From NCBI GenBank assembly GCA_001179505.1, contig CDMY01000558.1, forward strand, positions 1 through 51,897: DNA of 51,897 nt. The letters run 5' to 3'. Shown piece by piece: positions 10,561 through 24,490 of the stretch; positions within the stretch are counted from its first letter, which is position 1; each line of letters begins with the position of its first letter. Position numbers and translations under genes: made by a program. Under the pieces are notes generated by a model. That model saw only the letters and a list, made by a program, of their open reading frames with translations. It did not search any database and had not been told where the DNA came from. This DNA is from Vitrella brassicaformis CCMP3155. Its lineage: Eukaryota > Protista > Chromerida.

Positions 10561-13500
10561 ATGAACCAACCCTCTTCCCAGCCTCCGCAGCCGTCGAATG
10601 GCGTCCGCTCATGGGACTCTCAGGGTGTGGGAGGCGTCCCACCGCTGCCCTTCCCAGGCTGGGTGACCCATCCTGGGCAGTATGGGCCGTTCGGCAGGGA
10701 CGGTCCGATGCCGCCGCCACACTCGTTCCCCCCGCAGATGCCCATGAACGGGGGCATGGGCCACCCTGGCGCCATGCGGCCGCCCTTCAGCCGCACGGGC
10801 AGCGAGAACGGGCTGGGAGGACCGCGGGCACAGTCGCCCCCCGCTGTCAACATGAGGTGAGGTGTCTGCCTGGGAAGCTGGTTGGTTCCTCATGTGCACA
10901 CGGTGGTCTGTCTGTCTGTATGTGTCTGTCTGTCTGTGTGCATCAGGCCGTGGACTCCTGCAGAGGACGAGCGGCTGCACGAGTTGGTTCAGCAGTACAG
11001 CGGCGGCCACTGGAACAGCGTGGCTGCCTACTTCGAGGGGCGCATGGCGGCAGAGTGCATGAACAGGTGGCACAAACACCTCAAGCTGGTCGACCGTAGA
11101 ACCGACCCCAAGGTAGTCAGCTGACAAGACAGCACACAAAAAGGGACCACATGTCCATTCGGTATCCGTGTGTGTCGTGTGTGTGTGACTTGGCTTTCAA
11201 CAGGGTGCTGCTCCCCGGCCGACGGATGCTCCTGAGCGGCCGAGTGCCAGCGCCGCGGCAGCACCACTGGAGCTGGATGCGCAGCACAGCGCTGGTTTGA
11301 TGGGCCCTTGCGGGATGATGTATGGGCAGCGATACGGCCCGGGCAGCTCTGACGCAAACTTCAAGTGAGGATGGGACGAGAGAGAGATGGGGATATATGC
11401 CAGCGGACACACCACTAACTAACTATGTCGTTCGTGTGCCTTGTTGGTCATTGCAGTGGGTACTGGAGCAATGGGATGTCTGTGGCTCCACCCGCAACCA
11501 ACGGCCCCTACCTCGCCCAAGGGTACGCACGCATCACACACAACACACAACACACAACAACACATCACCCTCTCCCCCACATGACATGAGGCGCCCCCCT
11601 CTCCCTGTCGGTTTGCACAGGCCCCCGGGCTGGATCGGCCAGGGAGGCCCCTTCCCCCCTCCCCCTTCCTCAGTGTTCCCACCCCGAGGCCCACCACACC
11701 CATCGCGGCCAGCAGATCACAATGGCGGCGGCGGCGGCGAGGCGGTGTCGCCCACCAGTGCGAGCAACACCAACAAGCGGGACGACAGCAGCTTGACGCC
11801 GAGTCCGCACCCCTCGCGGCCACTGGGGCGGGAGGGTGGGCCGTTCGCTTATGGGCTGTCGTTCGATCTGCCTGGGCAGAGCAATGCCGAGGTCAGGCCC
11901 GAGGCGGCCGGTGAGGGGGGTGGTGGGTCGAATGGCGAGTCCAAGACGCGTCGCGGCAAGAAGAGGAGAAAGGAGGAGGAAGCACAGGAGGGCGAGACGG
12001 ACCAGCAGCGAGGCGTGCCCGCCCCACTGCCGCTGCCAACGTTCCCCGGCTTCTTGGAGCACTCGCCCTCCTCTCTGCTGACCCTCATGGACTCCACCAC
12101 CTGCGGCAACGCACCCACCATGCCCCTCGACTACTCGAGCATCTCTCTCCCCGCCCCATCCACCAAGAGCCTCTTCACCCTACCCAATCCGGCCATCCTC
12201 AAGCCACTGGACGAGGAGCAGCCCGACCCGCTCGCAGCCACGGCCACAGCAGCATCGGTTAAGAGGAAGGGCCACCAGCCAAAGGCCAAGGCGAAGGGCG
12301 GTGCGGCGGCAAAGCGCAAGGGGCGACGAAAGAGGGCGAGCAAGAAGGAGGAGAGGGAGGACGAGGAGGTCGACATGGATGAGCTGGCGGCGCAGGAGGA
12401 CTCGGACGACGAGCCTCTCGCTGCTCCCACTAGGAGAGGGAGGGGCAAGGGCAAGGGGCGAGGCCGCAAGAGACCGTCGCGGCAGAAGGCCTCTGAGTCG
12501 CCACCCGAGTGCGAGCAGGAGGCGGCTGAGACCCCCGTGGCCGACCCTTCACAGGAGGACGTCATCCGCATCGGGCAGGAGCTCAGGAGGCTCAGCGAGC
12601 AGCTGTTGGCATGCCGGGGAGTTTCTGCTCTCTCGGACGAGCAGCGGCAGATGCTCAACTTCCACCTCACCCACACCCACGCTGCCGACGGTCAGAAGCA
12701 TGACAGCGGCGACGGGCAGCCCGTGCAGAAGCGGAGGAAGAGCGCCGGTCTCGAGTGCCACCCTGGCCTCTACATGGGCGAGCCCAACGCAGCGCCTCCC
12801 GCATCTACATCACCTTGGCGTGGCCTGGTGGCAAGCCAGCAGGATGCGGACTCATCTCTGCCAAAGGCCAGCCCTGCTGCTGACCACCTCGGGGGTGCTG
12901 GCGACGGCAGCGGCCACGGGGGCGAGGAGGAGGAGGAGGAGGAGGGCATGGACGGTATGGAGGGAAACGAAGAGGGAGCCGTGGCCAATGACGATGCGGA
13001 GTGGGTGAAATGGATCCATCCCAGTGCCGCTGCTGCCCCCCCATCCAATAACCCCTCCTCTCGCCCCTCCTCCGCCATGGCCGTGCGGCTGGCCGTCCGC
13101 GGCGGCCCCTGGCAGCCCTTCTTTGACCCCACACACATGGAAGAGGAGGAGGAAGAGGAGCGCGATAACCCACAACGGCTGTTCCTCGACTTCAACGACG
13201 AGCGACTGCTGCAGCCCAGTGCCGGCGACGGCTTCGTGAGGGAGGACGACCCCATGGACATCGGGCAGGTCGCACTGCCGCCAAAGGTCCCGTCATTCAG
13301 CGGACTGCAGGTCCACCGCCCTGCTTCCTCGTTCGTCGGTCGGCCGTCGCCCTCGTCCTCCTTCATCGGCAACCGGAGCGTCAGCATGAGCAGCGCCAAT
13401 GTAGCGCCGGACAACATGGGTAGGCCGCGGCCGTCCAACTCGCCCGAGCCCGAACCGCCTGTGGTGCCGTCGCCGCCAAGTGAGGTGCCGGAAGGGCTGC

Positions 13501-16466
13501 TTGGCCCAGACGACGGCAGCGATCGGGGTGGCGCACGACGTGCAGACCCTGGAGCTGATGGTCGGGCAGCAGGCAAGCAGGAGGGCGAGAGGGGCAGGGA
13601 GACGGCGGTTTCGCGGCCCCCCGCTCCCCACGCGTCAAGCATGGACCCTCAGGCGTCCCTTTGTCAGCTGTTGGAGTACCAGCAGCTGGACCGCGCGCGG
13701 CTGATGCAGTACCAGAGTCTGCCGTCGATGATGCCCATGCGGATGGGGTCGGCCATCTACAGCATGCACGGCAGCGACATGCATGCTGGCGTCCCACAAC
13801 TGCACCACCGCTCATTCACCGCCCCCGAGCTCCCCTCTGAGCCGCCGGTGGCCAGCCAGACCACCCCCCCTGATTCGGGCCAGGTGCAGCTGCAGAGCCT
13901 GTTGCAGCAGCGGAGCGAGCTGGAGGAGCGCATCACACAGCAGAGGCAGCAGAATCTCACCTACCCTCCATCATCACCCTTGCCCTTCTCATACCCCGCC
14001 ACAACGAGCCAGTCCGACCGGCCGGCGACTGATGCGGACGCGGTCATCCCGCGGCTCTCTGAGGCACTGAGGTCTGTGCAGTGGCAGATAGCCAATCTTC
14101 GAGCCAGCCTGGGCAACCAGCCGCCGAACCATGGGAGCGGTAGTGGTGTTGCTGCCGGCCCTCAGCCGTCGGAGAACCACACCTCTCCACGCTCGGGCAT
14201 CCCGGGTGCCCCGCCTTCTAGCCCTAGTGATGTGATGGCAAGGGGACCACAACAACATCCGACACAGCCAGCAGGTGGCCTGTCGCTTAGCCCGTCGGTG
14301 CGGCCCCCACCCCAGCTGAATCTCGCCGGTTCTGGAGGCTACCCGCCACCGTTTCAGTACGGAGGCCGCGGCAACCAGTTCTCGCCGTATCTGCCGCCAT
14401 CGGGTGTCCCGCATACCCCTCCCATGGGCGCGTCACAGCCGCCGCATCATCCATGGAACGGCCACCAGTTCAACAATCCTCCATGCCAGCCCCCTTGGCC
14501 GATGCAGCCGCCACAACCACCACCCGTCATGATGGGCTCCCCAGCCCTCAGCCCGTCCGCTGCAGCTGCGGCATCCGAACAAGCAGCGGCGGACAACGGG
14601 CTTTTGTCGCCACGCGTATCGGTGAGAGGGGGCAGTCGGCCGCCGTCAACCGATGGGAGACAACAAGACAGCGGCAGCGGCAGTGGCAGCGGCAGCGGCG
14701 AGGGGCGTGGAGTGAAGAGGGATGTGTCCCAGCCGATCAAGGACGAGAAGCAAGCAGCGGGCGATGGCGATGGCGAGAAGGGTGGCAAAGGTGGTGTGCG
14801 GCAGCAGGGCAAGGAGGGGAAGATGTCGCGTGCGGCGCTGTTTGACGGGCCGTTTCCCATCAAGTCCCAGTTTCTGTCGATGTCGCCCGGCGAGCTGGAG
14901 ATACAGGAGCGGCTCACCACTATCAAAGAGGTCCGTAGCGCAACACACACAGAGGAGACAGGCCAGGCCGTGGTTAAATTGATTTGTCGTGTGTGTATAC
15001 AGCTGTGGCAAGGCAAGACGACCTTCACGTCGACCACCAAGAACAAGCGAAGCGAGCCACCCAAAGACAAGCCAGCCCCTCCCACTCACTCATCAGCACC
15101 AGTACCAGCAGCGGCATCGACTGACGCTGCTAGCTCTACCGATCCCCCCCAGTCAGCGGACCCGCCGCCTCTGACGCGGCCCCTGTCAGCGGACAAGGCG
15201 TCATCCCCCTCTGCAGCCCCCCGCTCGCCCCTCCTGGCCTGCCCGGGCAGCGCACCGGACATCATGGTGTCGCGGTCCAGCAGCAATCCTCCGCTCATGC
15301 CGAGTGTCCCGGAGGACGCCGAGGTCAAGGGGGAAGACCAGGAGGATCTCCCGGTGCCTCATTCACCACCACCGCCGGTCGGCGCCAGTGGACCGATGCG
15401 GCCGCTGACGGCCCCCCCTCCCTTGGTGTGGGGCACAGGGCGATTGGCTACCGTTGGCAGGCCGCCGGCGCTCGCCATGCCCAAGTGGCAGCAAGACAAG
15501 CTACAGCAGCAACAGCAGCAGCAGCAACAGCCACAGCCGAGAGCAGAGGAGGCACCGATCGGCGATGACAGCGGCAAAGGCAGCTCCACGAGCGCCCCGG
15601 AGGCAGAGAGAGGTCCAAACGGCCTTCCCAAGGCGCCGACAGAGATCCTGGCGGCATCGCTGACCGAGTTCGACCCCTACAAGCATCTCAATCTGCCGCA
15701 GGAGCGTATGCCGAAGCCTGACCTCGTGCCGGGGAAAGAGGTGATTGTCAGCTCAGCGCCGCCGACGGCGCGGCCCCCCTTCGGCTCTTCCATGCCTTTT
15801 CAAGGCCAGTTTACCATGCCGCTGGCAGCGGCAGGGTCGCCCCCTCTCGTGAACGCTGCGCTGGGGCTCGCGAGACAGCTGGAGGCCAAGGGGCTGGGCG
15901 GCCAACAGGGGGGCGGTGGCAATCGACGTCGTGAGGAGAATCCAATTGCGCCGTCTCAGCCATCATCAGTCGGGCCGCTGACCTTCTCGCCGTCCAACCC
16001 GGCTGCCACATCCCGCTTCCCTGTCTACAACTATGCCTATAGACCCCCCCTGACGCCGCCCTTTGCCTACCGATTCGGCCCCGTGCCGCCTTTGTCCTTT
16101 ATGTACAACGTCGGCATCCCCCCGCCCAGATACACACACATGCACAGCAGCAACACGGCCGTCGAGACTCAGAGCCAGGCCAGTTCGGAGGGCCGTGCTG
16201 TGTCGGGTCGTGCGGCGAGCGAGGGTCGTCCTGCCCGTCAAGAGGCAAAGGTTGCGGGGGATGTGCCGCCCAAGGGCGATTCGCTGATGTCTGGGTCGGG
16301 TAGGGGTAAGGTGCTGTGGTTTGGCGACCCGACGCCGACGCCGGCGTTGAAGCAGCAGCTGGCTTTGCTGCGTGAGGCGCACCAGGAGAAGATGCGGGGC
16401 GGGGAGGACAAGGATAGGGAAGAGGGCGAGGGCAAGCCAGAGGGAGATGACAGCATGCAGGGATGA
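10561..16466 (+). CDS. Large Myb/SANT-domain protein with a long disordered Pro/Ser/Gln/Glu-rich C-terminus
   Basis: Exon 2 encodes PWTPAEDERLHELVQQYSGGHWNSVAAYFEGRMAAECMNRWHKHL (W-x19-W-x18-W Myb spacing). Reading continues in phase into the frame that is open from about 11620 to TGA 16466. Probable in-frame intron near 14931-15002. Confidence 0.8.
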
Positions 16467-18053
16467 ATGCGTAGACGGCTGAGGTGAATAATGGAAGCAA
16501 TGCAATGCACGTAGACAGAGGAGAGGGGTGGGTTAGCTAGCGATTGGTTGATTGGTTTGTCGGGGTAGCTGGTGGCTGGGCTGGGGCGAGGCGGCGTTGC
16601 TCTTTTGATCCTTCTCTCACTCACTCTCACTCTCAATCTCCCTCCCTCTCTCTCTACTGAGAAGCTTTCCTTCCTGTCTCCTTCCTCGTCTGTTTTTCTC
16701 GATTGCCTTCCATGCTGGTTTTTCCCCATCCATCCATCCATCCATACGTCTGGGCTGAGGCGGGATGGGATCAGTGTGTTGTGTTGTGTGCATGGCTTCT
16801 TGCTTGACCTGACTTGGCTGCGTGATATGAATGAAGGAAGCCCTGTCTACACACACACATGCACAATGCATTCATTCATTCATTCATCCGTGTCTGCGTG
16901 TGCCCCCTCTCTGTCTGTCTGTCTGGGCATCGACTCATCGAGTTTGTGTGTGGCCGGGTGTGCATGCCTTGCCTTGCCATGCCTGCCTAGCGCTATGGAT
17001 ACGAACGTATCGTGCACGTCATGTGTATGTCTGCAAATCCAATGCAATGCGAGTCAGTGTGTGGCTTTTTTCCGATGGCTGAATGAATGAATGAATGGCT
17101 GGATGGATGGGTAACCCAGGTATCTATCGCTCATGATAAGGTGTGTGTTTGTGTGTTTGTAAGTGTATGTCGGATGGAGCGACACGGTAGAGACCCTCTC
17201 TGTATTCATGCTGCTTTCATTGTTTTTTCGACGAGGCCGCATCCATCATGTCGTTGATCAAGCACACCCAAAGAGTCCCACACACGCTCACGCACGGTCG
17301 TCACCCATCCACACGCACGGCATGCACACCTTACAAAGCACACCACACCCGACCGAAGCACTGACTGACCTCAGACAGGAAAAAGGAATACGTATGAGGC
17401 GTCTGTATGTATGTCACATCTTAAGACGCACTTGAAACCCGCCCAGGATATGAATGTCCCCCGACGCGTCGTAGTGGAATATGATCCATCCAAGGAGGGG
17501 ATGGATAAACGACCACAGCATGCTGTGCTTACCTACCTACCTACCTAGCCTACGCACCGCATTCTCCCTACATGTATGTATCTTGGGTGCGCGTGTGTGT
17601 ATTGATGGCTACGGTACAGGTCGACCGACCGACCGACCGACCACACATCCACCGCACCGCACCGCACCGTACGATGGACTTAGGTCACTGGAGAAAAATC
17701 TGCACAAGAAACACACTCACTGGCTCTCAAAAATCTTATAAAGGAAATGAGCCAATTGACCCACTCACTGCACAAACACAGACAAACACGCCATCCCCCG
17801 TCCTCTCTCCCCGTCTCCTGTGCTTCCTCCCGGGTCGCGAGTAGCCCTGCCGCCATGCAGATAAACGGTGCGGCTCCGCTCCATACACTGTTTATCAGCA
17901 TGACGGTCGAAAGCGTCATACGAAAGGAAGCCCGGCTGATGGATGAAGCGAGTCATTTAGTCAACAACACGACACCGCGATGCATCCCATCCATGTATGT
18001 AAGTACTTAGGCATGCAATTCACCCCTTTCCCACGCCCGCACCCATTCATTCA

Positions 18054-19733
18054 TCACTCCCCCTCTGCAGCCTCCACGTCATACACATCGCCACTCTGTG
18101 CGGGCGGCATGCCGTCGTTTTCCCCGAACTGCTGGTCGAAGAAGGCGATCTGCTTGAGGTAGTGCTTCTTTTGGTCGGCCGACAGCCAGGAGGCCTCGAT
18201 GCTGTTGATGGCCACCTGCAAGATCTCGCCACGGGTGAAGCCCAGGTGCGTGGCAGCGGCCTTGTAGGCAGCACCGATCCCCGCCCAGTAGGCACTGATG
18301 ATCGCCGGACCGCTGCACACACACATATAACACACACATTTGAGCACACACATGAGCTGCCTGATGAGGAGTGCTCTTAAGCTGCTCACTTGTATGGTGG
18401 ATCGTCGCTGTTGAGCGTTATCTTCAGACCTGACAGAGAGAAGGAAAACAAGAGCGTCGCGTCAGCGGGCTGTAAAGATATTTATGTGTGCAGTGGGATA
18501 TACCGGAGTGTAGCATGTCTCTGGCAGGGTGTTCCTTGAGCGAGGGCACCACTCGGAGCGCGGCGTTGGATATGGGGCAGACGGTAAGGGGTATTTTCTC
18601 GCGCACGAGCCGCTCCAGCAGCTGCCGGTCCTTGATGCACTGGATGCCGTGGTCAATCCTCTCGCAACCCAACACCTGCAGCCACCAATCAAAGCGCCAA
18701 TCGATGGTCTGCCTGCTTGTGTCCATGTGCCTGCCTTGTATGTATGCTCACGTCGAGCGACTCGGTGATGTTCTGAGCACAGCCCTCCTCCTCGCCTGCC
18801 GATAACACACAGATGGATGCACATCTTTCATACGCTCGTAATGCCATTGACGATGCGCTGTGTGCATCTATCCAATCAGCTGTGTGCCTACCCTACCAGC
18901 GTGTGCAGTGCATCTGAGGCCCATGGCCTTGGCCCTCCTGAACACCTCGCGAAACGGTGCGGCAGGGTAGCCGGCCTCGGCGGAGTCGAGGCCAACGCCA
19001 GAGATCCAGGAGGCATACGGACGGACCTGCAGACAGACAGACCCACACACCCATGGCATGGCGTCAATCAATCGCTTTGTGGCTTTCCCCTCCCTCAGTC
19101 CCTCCCTCTCTGACTGACCTTGTCCAGGCATGCCAGCGCATCCCTGGCCTCCTTGTCGCGGTGGAAACACATGATGAGCATGGTGCTGATGCCGTACTTG
19201 CTCTTCCCCTGTTTGAGTCCCTTCCGCAGCCCATTCAGCACCGTCTCGAGGCTCACCCCTCGCGACAGGTGCGCCTGGGGGTCGAAGGAGATCTCCGCGT
19301 GGCAGACGCCGTCGTTGTATGCGTTGGCCATGTAGCACAGGGCCAGCTCCCTGAAGTCGTCCTCCGTCACCAGCACCTTGGTCGCCAGGTAGTACGAGTC
19401 GAGGAAATCCGAGAGGGACGTGAACTGGTAGGCTTTGTAGGCCTCCTCGATGCTGGCGAAGGGCAGCCTCACCCTGTTCTTGGCAGCCAGCCGGAACAGC
19501 AGCTCCAGGGAGAGGCAGCCCTCGATGTGCACCTGGTCAGATCCACGCACACACACACACACACACACGTGACGCACAAAGGTGCATCCATCTCATCCAT
19601 CTCGATGGGAACAGATCTGTGCATCTGTGTTGTGCTCTGCGCTTACGTGCAGCTCCGCCTTGGGGATCTCGGCCGCATACACCGCCCTCTGGCTCTCCGT
19701 AAGATCTGGACGGCCCTCTTCAGCAAGGTCCAT
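18054..19733 (-). CDS. Adenine deaminase (adenosine/adenine deaminase family, Aah1/PA0148-like subtype)
   Basis: PKAELHVHIEG, EISFDPQAH, GVGLDSAE, AHAGEEG, ERIDHG, PLTVCPISN and NSDDP appear in the expected order, so the metal ligands are present. Adenine versus adenosine specificity is inferred from overall motif resemblance. Confidence 0.85.
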
Positions 19734-20214
19734 GACTGCAGCTCGCGTCGGGAGGAACGAGGGAAGGCCGCGCCTTGTTGTTGGTGGGTGTCGGCGTAGC
19801 CGCTGAAGCTCCTCAGCTGCTCTGCTCTGCTGCGTGATTTCGTCGGTTGGAAAGCGATCGCAAATCTCAGCTCGCAAACTTTTCGGAAGTAGCCGACATC
19901 AAAACACGGCAAGGAGGGGCTGGTGTGTGCGTCAGTCAAGGCAGCTGTAACGTCATCGCGGGCGCCCCTCTGCAGAACACAGCCGTAATACTCCCATCGC
20001 TCACGGCCTCGTCTGTTGCGTCCGTTAGGCGGCTGCACGGGCGACGGAGGCCCTCCGAGAGGCCTGCTGCCTCCAAGCCGCTCTTTTTTCGGCTCTCTAA
20101 AGGGATTGAGGCCTTCGGTGGGCCGGCCGTTGGAGCTTGAGGGAGCCTTTCCTTTGCGGCGGGCGCATAGCGGATTTGGTTTGATTTGTGGTGGTCGTTA
20201 GCGAGTCTACCGCG

Positions 20215-22227
20215 ATGGGTCAGTGTATGTGTATCCACCCCGAGGCGGAGAAGGAGCGTCAGGATGAGGTGGAGCCCTTCCCACAAGTCACTGTCAAATC
20301 CACACCACCAGGTATATGCGGTGCCTACCTTAGTTAGTCAGACCAACACAGAAGGATTCAGGGGGCAGAGGGAGCAGACAGACAGGGGGACGGACTGCTG
20401 TTAAGATAGCCAGCCAGGCATTAAGGGTGGCAGTCTGTCTGGATGTTTGTGCTCAACGTCCCGTTTGGTGTGTGTCTGGCTGCCTGTGGTTGGTCTGTGC
20501 TTTGCTGGTTGAATCGGTCAGGTCCCGGAGGTGACGACATTCTGGAGGAGAGGCCTCGGGTGGTGCTCGAGAACGGCGTGACCTATACAGGACAGTGGAA
20601 GGTAACGTACACAAAACACAATCACACGCAGGCAGGGAAATAGAGAGTACTAAATGACGCTCATCTGTTCTTGTGTGTCCCTCCCTACTTGTGTGTGTGT
20701 GTAGGGCAACAAGCGTCACGGCTACGGCGTGCAGGAGTGGCCCGATGGCGCCAAATTCGAGGGACAGTGGGTCGACGGACTCGCCAACGGTAACCAAACC
20801 AAACCAATACACCACACACATGTATACACACCGTTGGTGTGTGTGTGTGCAGGTCAGGGGAAGTTCACTCACAGTGACGGCGATGTGTACGAGGGCGAGT
20901 GGAAGAACGACAAGGCCAACGGACACGGAACCTACTACCACGCTGACGGATCAAAGTACTTACACCACACACTCACGGAGAAAGATACAGAGATACAGGA
21001 GGGGCGCCTGCAACTGTACGTTCATTGCTCTGTTGGTGTGTGGTGTGTTGTGTTGTGTTGTCCACCATACCTGCCACCCACCCCCAGGTATGTCGGTCAG
21101 TGGAAGGACGACCAGAAGCACGGGCAGGCCACCGAGGTCTGGGCGGACGGATCCAAGTTCGAGGGAGAATACAGGTACCTAACACAACACGCCACAGGTG
21201 TAGTTGACACATAGTATGTGTCGTATGTGTGTGTGCCAACGAGTAGGATGGGCAAGAAGCACGGCAATGGTCAGTTCTGGTGGCCCGAGGGCTCATCCTA
21301 CGAGGGAGAGTTCGCCGACAACGAAATCCACGGCATCGGCACCTATCGCTGGAGTGACGGACGCGTCTACAAGGGAGAGGTCAGAAACAACACCGCCCCC
21401 CCCCCCCCCCNNNNNNNNNNNNNNNNNNNNNNNNNNNNNNNNNNNNNNNNNNNNNNNNNNNNNNNNNNNNNNNNNNNNNNNNNNNNNNNNNNNNNNNNNN
21501 NNNNNNNNNNNNNNNNNNNNNNNNNNNNNNNNNNNNNNNNNNNNNNNNNNNNNNNNNNNNNNNNNNNNNNNNNNNNNNNNNNNNNNNNNNNNNNNNNNNN
21601 NNNNNNNNNNNNNNNNNNNNNNNNNNNNNNNNNNNNNNNNNNNNNNNNNNNNNNNNNNNNNNNNNNNNNNNNNNNNNNNNNNNNNNNNNNNNNNNNNNNN
21701 NNNNNNNNNNCCCCTCACACACACACACGCCCCTCTCCCTCGTCATTGTTACTTTTACTGTCTGCAATCCCATCACTGCCTTGTGTGTTGACATCCATCC
21801 ATCCATCAGTGGAAGCACAATCGCATGTGCGGCGAGGGTCGGTTCGCGTGGAAGGACGGCCGCAGCTACGTGGGCCAGTACGTCAACGACAAGAAGGAGG
21901 GCGTCGGCACATTCACATGGCCGGACGGACGCCAGTACAAGGGCGACTGGAAGGACGGCAAGCAGCACGGCATCGGAGAATTCAAAACAGCAAAGGGCGA
22001 ACTCAGGAGAGGTCAGTCAGTGAATGAAGGGCAAAAGCAGGACGGACAGACGCATGACACGATACCACACACACGTGTATGTGTATGTGTATGTGTGTGG
22101 CTGGTTGGTTGGTCGATGGATGGATGTATGTGCAGGGGAGTGGAAGGACGGCGTGAGGATAAAGTGGATATCGGAGGCCTACCGACAGGGCGACGAGCCG
22201 CCCGCCAACGCCGACAAGATCGGATGA
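20215..22227 (+). CDS. MORN-repeat protein with a predicted N-terminal acylation signal (MGQCMC)
   Basis: Repeated YxGxWxxGxxxGxG units ([60 protein letters not shown]) across GT-AG exons. The gap at 21411-21710 falls in an intron. Confidence 0.9.
21411..21710. other. Assembly gap (300 N)
   Basis: Run of N following a poly-C tract. Confidence 1.
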
Positions 22228-22229
22228 TC

Positions 22230-24490
22230 CATACCATTCACACACCACACCACACCACACCGACTCTGACTCTGACCCACTTACTCCCTGCATTGCATGC
22301 CGCTCTGTGTGTGTGTGTGTGCATGAGATGAGTTGGGGGGTGGGGGAGCGGAGGATGGACGGCTCGGCTCAGCTCTGCTCAGCTCAGCAAGGCATTGATT
22401 GTAGGGGGCGGGAAGGAGTCACAGGTAGGCGGCAGCAGGCAGGCAGACAGACACGCAGGTGTCTGTCTCTGCTACAAAGGCGAGACGGGTGCAGCGAGCG
22501 AGATTGGCTGGCTGGCTGAGTGCGTGCGTGGTAGCGAGTAAGCAGAGCTGAGCGAATGACTGAATGAATGAATGAATGCACACGCAGCGTTCCTTTTGTA
22601 GACTTTGCACACAGACACACACACACACACACACGCCCCCAGTGTTTTTCCCACGCATGCCGTGTCTGCATGCCATATGTCTGTGTGCGTGGCGTGGGGT
22701 GGGGTGGCGACCTGAAAGGAATTTGTGTTTTGTCAACCTGCCGGTGGTGTTGTTTTTGCGCCGGCCATTTTCTGCCTGCCAGCCTGCCTTTCTGTCTGCC
22801 CGTCTGACGCTCTCTCTCTCTGTGTGTGTGTCTTTTTGTGTGTCGTTGTGCGTCCTTGTGTGCCTGCCTGTCTGTGTACCAAGTATGTGAACAACATACA
22901 ACATTTGATGATGTCTGGCTGTCTGTGTGTGTGCATGGAAGTGGTGTGCAGCTGTATGTCCGTCTGTCTGTCTGTCTGGTGTGGGTTCTTTTGCCACACA
23001 ACACACTGCAGCCGCAGCCAGCCCAGCCGGGCAGTCCACGTCACATTCATTGTGGTGTCGAGACAGACACGGAAGAGAGCACGAGTATCCTTCTCACTCA
23101 CCTCGCTGCGACAATCCCCGCTCTTCCCTCCCTTGGCTGCTGGTGGTGGTGGTGGTGGCAGTGGTGGTACGGCTTGCAGTGTTAAGTCATGTCATGCCTC
23201 GCTCCATCTGCCCGTCCAGTCGTTTCGTAAGTGTTTGGTCGGTGACGAGAGCACCCCGTGGGTGGATAGACGTGGCTTGACACGACGCATGCGGGCGGGC
23301 TGGCTGGCTGGCTGCGTATTTTCTGTAAGTATTTTCTTCTTATTTTCTGATCATTGACAGACCTCCCTCCCTCCCTCCTTCCCTCCCTGCCTCCCTGCCT
23401 CCCTGACTGCCTTTGCTGTCTACACACATCCACCATCCATCCATGCATTCATGGGTTGGTCCTTTCGTACACACAGTCATGCACCATATGACTTACACGA
23501 CACAGGGAGGGACAGGGGGGGAGGGGAGGGAGAGGAGAGGGAGGGAGGGGGAGAGGGAGAGGGAGAGAGTGCAAGAGAGAGGGCGTCCACTCACCCACCA
23601 CCCACCACTGACTGACTGACTGACTCACTCACTCAGCTTGCATGGATGGCTGCTGATATGTTGTTGTTTATATGTGCACACTGACTAACTAACTAATACG
23701 GTACGCTACACTACACTACCTACTGCCGGCCGACTGCCTGCCCGACACCACCCTGGCTGACGGATGAATGAATGGATGGATGGTCGATGGACTATTGTAC
23801 GTCTGTAGTATGTATGTGGCGAGCGGAGCACGCACACTAATCCAATTGAGTCAAGTCAAGTCAACGAACCGACAAAAGGGCTGGCTGCCAAAGGATGCGC
23901 GGCACACAGAATAGGATAGGGAGGGGGGAGAGGAGAAGGACAGAACAGGACAGGAAGGAAAAGGGTGGTCGATGACGGACGGACGGCGGATGGCATGGCG
24001 GACATGTTTGAGTGTTTTCTTGCACATGGCCGCCTGTCCATCCATCCGTCCGTCTGTGTCGTGTGTGTATTTGGTGCCTACAGGGTGGATGGTCTGGTCG
24101 ATGGTGTCGTGGTGCGCTGCAATGCATTGCAATGCGTGCTCCTAAGCGCGAGCGGGCGAAGAGAGAGTCGACTGAGGGCGGACCTGCAGGGGGGGCTCTC
24201 GGTCTATGTGTAAGTGGGCGTTTATGATCCATCTTTGTTTGCTGCGGATGCGCGCGTGTGTGTGAATGGCGTCTTCGTGTTATGCTTTCCACGTGGTGCT
24301 GCGGTGTGTGAATGTGTGTGTGCGTGTTGTGTGCGTGTTGTGCGTACCTAAGGACTAATTCGCCTGATGGATGGATGGATGCCACTCACTACTGCCATTT
24401 ATCAAGTAAAGGGTGCATGGTGGAAGAAGCGCAATGGGTCAGAAGGTGGCTCAAGACGAGACGAGACAGGCGTTGACATCACACGAATCC
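22230..24490. repeat. Intergenic region rich in simple repeats: (CA)n, (TG)n, (GAAT)n, (GGCT)n, (ACTG)n and a polypurine tract near 23505-23582
   Basis: Seen directly; no convincing coding signal. Confidence 0.75.

Noticed and set aside
11419-16741. Numerous long antisense and alternate-frame ORFs over the Myb gene and other GC-rich CDS
   Set aside because: Expected shadows of GC-rich coding sequence, with no splice signals or motifs.
20215-22227. Naming the MORN gene MORN1
   Set aside because: It has an acylated N-terminal extension, unlike my recollection of MORN1. Orthology cannot be shown without a search.
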